DNA from: Peptococcaceae bacterium
GTDB taxonomy: Bacteria > Bacillota > Desulfotomaculia > Desulfotomaculales > Desulfocucumaceae
Direction: 5' to 3'
Length of the DNA: 24,000 bases
Assembly: GCA_023512435.1 (NCBI GenBank)
Contig: JAILZP010000011.1
Location: forward strand, 31,630 to 55,629
The number at the start of each line of letters is the position of its first letter. Within the stretch, counting starts at the first letter, position 1. A program made the translations under genes and the position numbers. Below are positions 17,477 through 24,000 of this stretch, in pieces. A model generated the notes under the pieces. That model was not told the DNA's origin. It was given only the letters and a program-made list of their open reading frames with translations, and did not search any database.

Positions 17477-17806
17477 TTAATTTCCTCGTTTAATTCCATT
17501 ATCCCGGTTTTCTTTAATTGTGTACCTTTTAAATTCACCAAATAAATCCAACAAATCTGCCTTGTCTAACTGGTAGTAAATAAACGCCCCTTGTCGTTCG
17601 GCCTTTACAATACCCGCATCTCTTAAAGCTCTTAAATGAAAGGAAACAAGGGTTTGGGAAAGGCTTGTGGTTTCGATAATCTCAGATACAGAACGTTCAC
17701 CTTTGCCAATAGCAAGTAAAATCCTAAGGCGATTGGCATCTCCCAGAATTTTGAATAATTTAGCTAGCTGTTCTACCATCGAAAACATCATCCAAAAACA
17801 GAGCAC
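17477..17806 (-). CDS. ArsR-family transcriptional regulator
   Basis: LAKLFKILGDANRLRILLAIGKGERSVSEIIETTSLSQTLVSFHLRALRDAGIV. Confidence 0.9.
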   Translation of the reverse strand: MLCFWMMFSMVEQLAKLFKILGDANRLRILLAIGKGERSVSEIIETTSLSQTLVSFHLRALRDAGIVKAERQGAFIYYQLDKADLLDLFGEFKRYTIKENRDNGIKRGN

Positions 17807-17964
17807 CTCTTATAACTGATGTTAACCTATCTTAATATTAGCCTTCGCTCATATTAGTCTGTGCTCATATTCTATTCACTTTCCGATTTATTGTCAAGAC
17901 CTGATTAAAATAGTTCAAAAAAATATTGCGTTCCGCCCAACGGGCGTTATTTGAAAGGGAGGCG

Positions 17965-18171
17965 TCATTTCTGCCCGTCCAGTTCAGACCTTCTGATCAG
18001 GTAGTGCTGTTCAGGGGACAAGGGCATCCCGTCTTCAACAATAGTTTTACTGAAGAAGTGGCAATCCCACTGTTCAACTTCATTCTTTGGCACTGTTCTG
18101 CCGGTCAGAAAACACCTTGTTCCAATTGCATCCGGCACGGCAAGTCCGCAATCCGAACAATTGCCCATCAT
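17965..18171 (-). CDS. Small cysteine-containing hypothetical protein
   Basis: 68 aa MMGNCSDCGLAVPDAIGTRCFLTGRTVPKNEVEQWDCHFFSKTIVEDGMPLSPEQHYLIRRSELDGQK; RBS GGGAG; looks like a real folded protein rather than shadow ORF. Confidence 0.6.
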   Translation of the reverse strand: MMGNCSDCGLAVPDAIGTRCFLTGRTVPKNEVEQWDCHFFSKTIVEDGMPLSPEQHYLIRRSELDGQK

Positions 18172-18215
18172 ATCATCTCCCGTTTTTATGGCCTATTATT
18201 CCATATTTATGATAC

Positions 18216-18543
18216 ATCCTCCAGTCAAGTCCGCTTCGTACCGGAAGAACTGGTGGTTAAAATCGCAGGGACGGGTAATCCCTTCGCTATTCCGGTGGCT
18301 GCCCTGATCGGTGTGCCCATGTATATCCGTGCGGAAACCATAATCCCCATCAGCGCAGTACTCCTGGATAAAGGAATGAGCATGGGCGCCGTAATGGCCC
18401 TGGTAATTGGCGGAGCGGGCGCCAGTATCCCGGAAACAATTATCCTGGCCTCCATTTTCCGTCGTGAACTGGTGATATCCTTTATCCTTGCCGTACTGGC
18501 GGTGGCTATTCTGGCCGGTTATTTCTTTGATTTAGTACTGTAA
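18216..18543 (+). pseudogene. C-terminal fragment of a COG0701/DUF318 permease
   Basis: FVPEELVVKIAGTGNPFAIPVAALIGVPMYIRAETIIPISAVLLDKGMSMGAVMALVIGGAGASIPETIILASIF..; no TM sequence upstream, frame runs antisense through the 17965..18171 gene. Confidence 0.7.
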
Positions 18544-18560
18544 GGAGGGAATGTAAGATC

Positions 18561-18795
18561 ATGAACGATAAGAAAAAAGATGGCCGCAAGGGCTTTCTGG
18601 GTTTGTTCGGTAAGCCCAAAAAAGGTTGCTGCAACATGGATATAGTTGAAGTTGACGCCAAGGAAAAGCAAAAGAGAAGTCGGGGATGCTGTGACATCGA
18701 AATTCTGCCGATAAAAGATGACACGGTAGAAGCGGGCAATGATATAAAAGTCCATCTTTCAAAAAGTACGGGCACGTTAGATAAAATGAAATACT
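18561..18795 (+). pseudogene. N-terminal part of a small CC-motif protein paired with the permease, truncated by a mobile-element fragment
   Basis: RBS AAGGAGG; MNDKKKDGRKGFLGLFGKPKKGCCNMDIVEVDAKEKQKRSRGCCDIEILPIKDDTVEAGNDIKVHLSKSTG.., after which the frame enters antisense maturase-like sequence. Confidence 0.6.
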
Positions 18796-19000
18796 GCTTC
18801 CAGCCTCTGAGTACCGGGTTAATCTCAGCTAATATGCCGTCAATGCCATGGTACAGCCTCTCCCGGAAGATGATATCACGAATACGTTGATGCAAACGGT
18901 TGTACGCCTTGTCGCCGGGTTTGATATAGAGACGCTTGATGTATCCGTTACCTAATTTGATGCTGTAGCCAACCGGGCGGTGCCAGGCAGTATCAAGTTT
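18793..19000 (-). pseudogene. Group II intron reverse transcriptase/maturase fragment
   Basis: Minus strand ...GYSIKLGNGYIKRLYIKPGDKAYNRLHQRIRDIIFRERLYHGIDGILAEINPVLRGWKQYF; INPVLRGWKQYF resembles the maturase LNPxLRGWxxYF motif. Confidence 0.6.
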
Positions 19001-19018
19001 GATTCATCAAGACTTTTT

Positions 19019-19060
19019 TGTCCAACTCCTGTCCGACTTTTGTCCGACACCTTGTCCGAC
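19019..19060. repeat. Four direct copies of TGTCCRAC at 11-12 bp spacing
   Basis: TGTCCAAC 19019, TGTCCGAC 19030, 19041, 19053. Confidence 0.75.
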
Positions 19061-19173
19061 TAGTCCCGGAAACCCGCGTAAATCAAGGGGTACTTGCGGA
19101 ACCATCGGCCTGGCTTCCGCAAAATATTAATGCCCGCAAACCCTTGATTTCAGCGGCTTCGCGGGCATTTTAC

Positions 19174-19248
19174 TGGTGCGCCCGGCAGGAATCGAACCTG
19201 CGCTCCCGGCTCCGGAGGCCGGCGCTCTATCCCCTGAGCTACGGGCCT
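19174..19248 (-). tRNA. tRNA-Arg (anticodon CCG), 3' CCA encoded, acceptor stem mismatched at the 5' end
   Basis: AGGCCCG-TA-GCTC-AGGGGATA-GAGC-G-CCGGC-CTCCGGA-GCCGG-GAGC-GCAGG-TTCGATT-CCTGC-CGGGCGC-A-CCA; all stems pair except positions 1 and 2 of the acceptor. Confidence 0.85.
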
Positions 19249-19308
19249 AGGTTTTTCGCACTTTCCCGGCTTCAACCCCCTTTTTGAAGCGTCGGACTCC
19301 CCGGAAAT

Positions 19309-20268
19309 GTGGTGTTGGAAATGGGCCGCAGGCTCATGAAAGTCACTCCTAAAACAGACCGTCCTTGGGATGATTGCTTGAAGGAATTCCTTTTGGTGAA
19401 AGAAGCGGGTGGCCAAGCCCCGCGCACCTTGGCCGACTATCGTTATCACGTCAACCTATTCTTTAAACATCACCCTGAAGCATGGGCTAATTATAACGCG
19501 CTTCGGCAAGCAGTGCTTGAATACTTTGCCATAAGCGCAAAACTTTCTCCCACAACATACAACCTCCGGCGCAAATACCTGAAAGGTTTCTTCGCCTGGG
19601 CCGTATCGGAAGGGATTATCCCGGCCAACCCCATCGATGGGTTGAAGGCCCGTAAGACGGAGGGCCGCATCCGGCATGTCCCGGAGGATGTCCTGCAAAA
19701 GCTCCTGGAACTGCCTAACCGCTCCACTTATGCCGGACTAAGAGATTATGCCCTGCTGCTCCTGTCCCTGGATACCGGCATACGCCCCGGCGAGGCTCTA
19801 GGGCTGCTACCGGGAGACATAAATCTGCCCAGCCTGGAAGTTCGTGTCCGGGCCGATATAGCGAAAACCCGGACAAGCCGCACCTTGCCAATCAGCCAGG
19901 AAACGGCGGCGGCCATCCGAAAACTGTTCTCCGTCCGGCCCGAAGAATGGGGGAATGCCCCTGTTTTCTGCTCTGACAAAGGTAAGCCTCTAAAGGAAAA
20001 CGGCTGGCGGCAACGGCTGGACAAGTATAAAAAAAGGCTGGGTCAGGACATAAGCCCGTATGACCTGCGCCATGCCTTTGCACTTCTATACCTGCGCGGA
20101 GGTGGGGATGCTTTCCATCTCCAGCGGATGATGGGACATTCTGACATGGAAATGACAAAGCACTACCTCGAATTCACCAAGGCCGACCTGAGAGAAACAC
20201 ATTCCCAGGCCAGCCCACTGAACCGGCTCCTGCCAAAAACGCATAGAGCTAGAAAGATAAAAACCTAA
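19309..20268 (+). CDS. Tyrosine recombinase / phage integrase
   Basis: 319 aa; LLSLDTGIRPGEALGL, YDLRHAFALLYLRGGGDAFHLQRMMGHSDMEMTKHYLEF; true start may be the ATG at 19336. Confidence 0.93.
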   Translation: MVLEMGRRLMKVTPKTDRPWDDCLKEFLLVKEAGGQAPRTLADYRYHVNLFFKHHPEAWANYNALRQAVLEYFAISAKLSPTTYNLRRKYLKGFFAWAVSEGIIPANPIDGLKARKTEGRIRHVPEDVLQKLLELPNRSTYAGLRDYALLLLSLDTGIRPGEALGLLPGDINLPSLEVRVRADIAKTRTSRTLPISQETAAAIRKLFSVRPEEWGNAPVFCSDKGKPLKENGWRQRLDKYKKRLGQDISPYDLRHAFALLYLRGGGDAFHLQRMMGHSDMEMTKHYLEFTKADLRETHSQASPLNRLLPKTHRARKIKT

Positions 20269-20501
20269 TTTTGTACTGGCGTATTACCGCTAGCATTTTT
20301 CTTCTCTGCCACCCACTTCGCCAGTTGCGCCGCCGCATCTACCGCCGCTTCAGCGGCCACATATCCCATACAGGCCATGAGCACGGTATTCACCGCTTCA
20401 TCAGGTATGTCAGGGTAATAGGCTTTCAGACCGGCGACGATTGCCGCAGCCAGGGCCATGAGAAACTTCCTTGACTTCAGGCGCTCAAGCAATGGTCTCA
20501 T
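20265..20501 (-). CDS. Small phage membrane protein (possible holin-like)
   Basis: 78 aa with one hydrophobic segment; overlaps amidase stop and integrase stop. Confidence 0.6.
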   Translation of the reverse strand: MRPLLERLKSRKFLMALAAAIVAGLKAYYPDIPDEAVNTVLMACMGYVAAEAAVDAAAQLAKWVAEKKNASGNTPVQN

Positions 20502-21217
20502 TGTCCTTTCACCACCTTAAGCAGATTTAGCGCAACTGCCAGCACGAACCACTTCGGCGCTGTTTCGTCCGGGTCGTGGTCTTGTGTGATTAAACCGGCT
20601 TGTTTAGCCTTTTCGATAATATCAAACTTCCATTGTTCCGGCATGGTTTGATTTCCTCCTTCTGGCAGAGCAATCCCTAAATATTCCGCAATTCCGGCAG
20701 CAATAGCCTGGGCCGCATGTTGTTGAAAATCTTCTGAAGCCAAAAGAGATTCTTCCTGCATGTTGCTAATGAATGCAATTTCAGCCAATGCCGCCGGGCA
20801 TTCGGTCAGGCGCAAAACGGCGAAATTGGCTTGTTTTACGCCCCGGTCGGCCAGCCGCAGGGCGGCCACCAAGTTTTTTTGTAGGAGAGCGGCCAGCTTT
20901 TTCCCCTCTTCGCTGCCGGGGTAAAAGTAAGTTTCCGTCCCCTGGGCTTTCGGGTTGGCGGCGCTGTTGCAGTGGATTGAGACGAAGCAATCGGCCCCCG
21001 CCTTATTCGCCACGTCTGCGCGGGGGGCAAGGTCTATGTCGTCGTCCCCCTCCCGCGTCAGGATAACTCCCGCTACGGGTTTGAGAATGCTTTTTACCTT
21101 CAGTGCCACAGCCAGGGTAACATCTTTTTCCTGCACGCCAGACTGCCCAATCGCCCCAGGGTCACGCCCACCGTGACCGAGGTCGATAACTACCTTAAAC
21201 ACGTTTAAGCACCTCAC
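20498..21217 (-). CDS. N-acetylmuramoyl-L-alanine amidase (endolysin)
   Basis: VVIDLGHGGRDPGAIGQSG.., DCFVSIHCNSAANPKAQGTETYFYPGS, ALAEIAFISN: amidase_3 motifs. Confidence 0.92.
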   Translation of the reverse strand: MRCLNVFKVVIDLGHGGRDPGAIGQSGVQEKDVTLAVALKVKSILKPVAGVILTREGDDDIDLAPRADVANKAGADCFVSIHCNSAANPKAQGTETYFYPGSEEGKKLAALLQKNLVAALRLADRGVKQANFAVLRLTECPAALAEIAFISNMQEESLLASEDFQQHAAQAIAAGIAEYLGIALPEGGNQTMPEQWKFDIIEKAKQAGLITQDHDPDETAPKWFVLAVALNLLKVVKGQ

Positions 21218-21479
21218 TTTCTAATGGCTCAGGAGCGATTTCCGTTTGCTGTTGAATTGTTTGCACCCGCTGGCTCCGGTTAAACCATATCGTTGCGCTT
21301 TCCTGGACGAAGTACCCGCCCAGGATAATGCCCAAAAGCGGTACCAATGTTTGCACCACGGCCAGGGCGTCCTTGCTGCTCAATGCCTTCCAGCAGAAAA
21401 ATAAAAAAGTGCCGCTAAAGCCGACGGCAAGCAGGTCTTTGAAGCTAAACTCATATGGTCGGCTGAAAAAATTCTTCAT
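21195..21479 (-). CDS. Phage membrane protein, possible holin
   Basis: Start trimmed to MKNFFSRPYEFSFKDLLAVGFSGTFLFFCW..; two hydrophobic stretches beside the amidase. Confidence 0.6.
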   Translation of the reverse strand: MKNFFSRPYEFSFKDLLAVGFSGTFLFFCWKALSSKDALAVVQTLVPLLGIILGGYFVQESATIWFNRSQRVQTIQQQTEIAPEPLESEVLKRV

Positions 21480-21483
21480 CCTA

Positions 21484-21723
21484 TCACCGCCTTGCCCGCT
21501 CCAGTAGCTCGTCAATCTTTGCCTCCTGGCGGGTAAGGCTTATCTGAATAGCCTGCACCACAGCCGTCACTTGCTCCAAGGCTTTTGTGTTATTCTGGAT
21601 CACCTCTGCCAGTTCATCATTTCTTCGCCCATCAAAATAGCGGGCCACCACAAATATCAGGCCCGCTACAGCGAAAAAGCCTACCCCATATTGTGCAACC
21701 TCTGCCCAAGGCAATGATACCAC
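21484..21723 (-). CDS. Phage small membrane protein with C-terminal coiled coil
   Basis: TM segment then KALEQVTAVVQAIQISLTRQEAKIDELLERARR. Confidence 0.6.
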   Translation of the reverse strand: MVSLPWAEVAQYGVGFFAVAGLIFVVARYFDGRRNDELAEVIQNNTKALEQVTAVVQAIQISLTRQEAKIDELLERARR

Positions 21724-21745
21724 CCCCCAGCAAAACTAAAGCCGC

Positions 21746-21934
21746 CTACTTCGGCGGCATGAGGTCTAGTATCTCGATTACCACGTCCAGCTTGGCGTCC
21801 ATGTCTTCCAGCTTTAGCTGGCCCTTCGCCTTCTTCTCGGCGAGGGCGGCGAGTTTGGCCTGGAACTGTTTTCGTTTCTCTATCTTGGGGTCGGCAAAGA
21901 CTACTTTGTTACCGTTAACCTGCTTCAACCGCAT
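21746..21934 (-). CDS. Hypothetical phage protein
   Basis: 62 aa, charged helical, in the compact minus-strand phage gene array. Confidence 0.55.
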   Translation of the reverse strand: MRLKQVNGNKVVFADPKIEKRKQFQAKLAALAEKKAKGQLKLEDMDAKLDVVIEILDLMPPK

Positions 21935-22286
21935 AAATGGTCACCTCGTTTAGTCGAGTTATCGTCGGTTCTCCTGCCCTGATGCGGATAGTGCCTGGCG
22001 TTGTTGCTGTTATTTGGAGAGTTGCGGTGCGGTTTTTAGGGTCTACTGGCATTGTGGCAATTGGTTCACCTGTGTCGGTGTGGTGGAAAGTGATTTCTGT
22101 TAATGTCGGTTCAACATTAGCAGTTACTATTGCAACATCAACACCATCCGAGGCAATTAAATATTTATCAGTTGAAACTATGGCTTGCAGGGTTTCGTAG
22201 ACCCAGCTTCCCTCCGGCTCCACACAAATAATATCAAGTCCCTCCAACCACAACTCGGCCATTCCCGTTATACCCCTTTCTTGCAA
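21915..22286 (-). CDS. Hypothetical phage protein
   Basis: 123 aa, beta-rich composition; likely start at internal MAELWLEG. Confidence 0.6.
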   Translation of the reverse strand: MQERGITGMAELWLEGLDIICVEPEGSWVYETLQAIVSTDKYLIASDGVDVAIVTANVEPTLTEITFHHTDTGEPIATMPVDPKNRTATLQITATTPGTIRIRAGEPTITRLNEVTIYAVEAG

Positions 22287-23170
22287 AGAATAATTGCTCC
22301 ATTTCCCCCCGCACCGCCACTTGCACGACCATAATAAGGTGATGCATAACCTCCTGCTCCTCCCGTAGAGGATATAGTTCCATTGTTCGCCAATGAACGG
22401 TAAACAATTATAATTCCGCCGCCTCCGCCCCCGCCTCCACCGGAAGCATCACCTTGCTGTACATTTTGCCCAGCTATTCCATCTGAACGAATAGCCCCGC
22501 CGGAGTTTATTGTTAAGTTAATGCATTCAATAACCAGTGCTCCGCCACCAGCACCACCAGCACCAGAAATACCTATTCCATTTCTCGCACATGCAGCGCC
22601 AGAACCTCCACCAGCACCGATAATATTTACTAAATCTGTTCTGACAAGTTGCCATAGCGTCGCTGTGTTGTTACTCGCTCCCACACCACCATTTCCTGCA
22701 TACGTGGTAACATAAACACCCGGAGTCCCACGGGAGCCCCCAGATACATCGGTGTCTCCACCCTTACCACCATAAGCGCCATCGCCAGAGCCACCACCAC
22801 CTCCACCAGCACCACCAGCACAAAAACTCCCATTACTTCCTGCATTTCCACTCACGCCGCCAGTACTTGCTGTAACCGCTGCGCCCCCAGGGGCACCTTT
22901 CCCGGACATCGACAACAACCCGCTTATGGTAATGTTTCTGGCAAGAATAATCAGCCCACTTTTCAAGGATGTAACGGTGACCCCCGCCGGGATAGTTAGG
23001 TTATCAAAGCGATACAAATATTTATCTAAGGTTTGGTTGGTACTGGGAGAAAAGTCACCGTCAGCCCCATCGCCAGCAAAAGGGAGCCAGGGAGCCATAA
23101 TAGATGACTGCCCCACTAACTCGTCTCTCAGCAAGATTAGTTGCCCTAAAATAGTACCGTGAACAAACAT
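22268..23170 (-). CDS. Glycine-rich phage tail/adhesin-like protein
   Basis: 300 aa with many GGGGGG/GGAGG runs after an N-terminal domain FAGDGADGDFSPSTNQTLDKYLYRFDNLTIPAGVTVTS. Confidence 0.72.
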   Translation of the reverse strand: MFVHGTILGQLILLRDELVGQSSIMAPWLPFAGDGADGDFSPSTNQTLDKYLYRFDNLTIPAGVTVTSLKSGLIILARNITISGLLSMSGKGAPGGAAVTASTGGVSGNAGSNGSFCAGGAGGGGGGSGDGAYGGKGGDTDVSGGSRGTPGVYVTTYAGNGGVGASNNTATLWQLVRTDLVNIIGAGGGSGAACARNGIGISGAGGAGGGALVIECINLTINSGGAIRSDGIAGQNVQQGDASGGGGGGGGGIIIVYRSLANNGTISSTGGAGGYASPYYGRASGGAGGNGAIILCKKGV

Positions 23171-23928
23171 TATGAAGCGACCCCCTTCAGCACAACATTG
23201 CCGCTTCTGGTAAGCGACAATTTTTGCCGAATACCAGATGAACCATCAGCGGCTGGGATATACAAATATATTGCAGATAAATACCTTAGCCAAGTATTAG
23301 TGTCAATTGTATACTCGTAGGTGAGACAAGCATTTCCACCGGCAATTTCATGGTATGGAATTGACGTTACGCCAACACCGCTGAACACCTTGAAATGTAT
23401 CGCGTTCTCCGCCGTCCAAGCACCGGAGCCGCCCCTGGCCCGGTAGTAGCAGGGGTAGTTCGCGTCTTGAGAAGTTTCGCCGTGAAGGTGAAAATGATTG
23501 TTTGCATCTCCATTTCCCCGTACAATCAGCCAGTATTGGCTTCCTGACGTAAGCCCCTCCAGTGCAATCGGTATGCTCCAGTAGCTGCGTCCGGTCGGGA
23601 TGAATTCTTTGGGCAAAGTCATGCTTTTTAGCAATGTTCCGTCTGTGCCGGATGGATTAAACCCGCTTCTCAATTCCACCACCAAGTCCGCCCCGGCTCC
23701 GTGCTTGACCAGCTCAAACTCCACCCGTGCCACCTCGGTTGTGCCGGTGGCGGTGAAGCGGATGGCGTGGTCATAGGACGCACAATCAAATTCCGCCGTA
23801 CCGCTTCCGGTTTTGGCGTCGCGCTGGGTGCCTTCGTAAATCAGATAAAAGTCCTGGAGCGAAAGAAGCGAATTCATTGTTGTTTCGTCCAGGACGGTTT
23901 GCCCGTTTTTGAATGCGTATAAAGGCAA
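23170..23928 (-). CDS. Phage structural/tail-associated protein
   Basis: 252 aa beta-rich; overlaps the glycine-rich gene start; AMPLYAFKNGQTVLDETTMNSLLSLQDFYLIYEG-type N-terminus. Confidence 0.65.
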   Translation of the reverse strand: MPLYAFKNGQTVLDETTMNSLLSLQDFYLIYEGTQRDAKTGSGTAEFDCASYDHAIRFTATGTTEVARVEFELVKHGAGADLVVELRSGFNPSGTDGTLLKSMTLPKEFIPTGRSYWSIPIALEGLTSGSQYWLIVRGNGDANNHFHLHGETSQDANYPCYYRARGGSGAWTAENAIHFKVFSGVGVTSIPYHEIAGGNACLTYEYTIDTNTWLRYLSAIYLYIPAADGSSGIRQKLSLTRSGNVVLKGVAS

Positions 23929-24000
23929 TTTAGGTCATCTCCTTACCCTGCCGAGAAAGTTATCCTCACTTCTATCGTCAGAACCTGATTCGCAGCTTTA

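Larger units (their letters stand above)
19309..24000. mobile_element. Prophage end (integrase, lysis and tail/structural genes), continuing beyond the window
   Basis: Integrase followed by convergent small membrane proteins, cell-wall amidase and glycine-rich/tail-type proteins. Confidence 0.85.

Noticed and set aside
19019-19169. CRISPR array
   Set aside because: Only 8-bp repeats at 11-12 bp spacing and no spacers; no cas genes in the window.
19018-19287. + strand 89-aa ORF with CARQESNLRSRLRRPALYPLSYGPR
   Set aside because: Read through the reverse complement of the tRNA-Arg gene; a classic spurious ORF.

Overview
This 24 kb window looks like a Firmicutes (Peptococcaceae-like, inferred) chromosome. 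From left to right it contains: (1) a minus-strand acyl-CoA/short-chain fatty acid cluster (AtoE-type transporter, truncated 3-hydroxyacyl-CoA dehydrogenase N-terminus, SDR dehydrogenase, AMP-forming acyl-CoA synthetase) with a near-consensus sigma-54 promoter and a CBS-PAS-AAA+-Fis sigma-54 activator upstream; (2) a large arsenic/metalloid and thiol-redox region (Acr3, several ArsR regulators, two MTH895-type small thioredoxins, COG0701 permeases, an SBASS-family transporter, a DGC-type cysteine protein, an Fe-S cluster protein, a cysteine-desulfurase-like enzyme, PadR) with several decayed genes (CcdA fragment, IS3 orfA fragment, truncated permease, group II intron maturase fragment); (3) a tRNA-Arg(CCG) with a mismatched acceptor end, next to a tyrosine recombinase and the lysis/tail end of a prophage. 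The most interesting observation is a small gene missing from the ORF track at 7153..7389 (-). It follows arsR in the acr3-arsR operon, has a strong RBS, and has an in-frame UGA at codon 22 (..QSGG-U-GCGSGAAGCGP..). The UGA is followed by a hairpin with features of a bacterial SECIS element, so this is a candidate selenoprotein linked to arsenic resistance. All family names come from reading the translations by eye; no database search was run.
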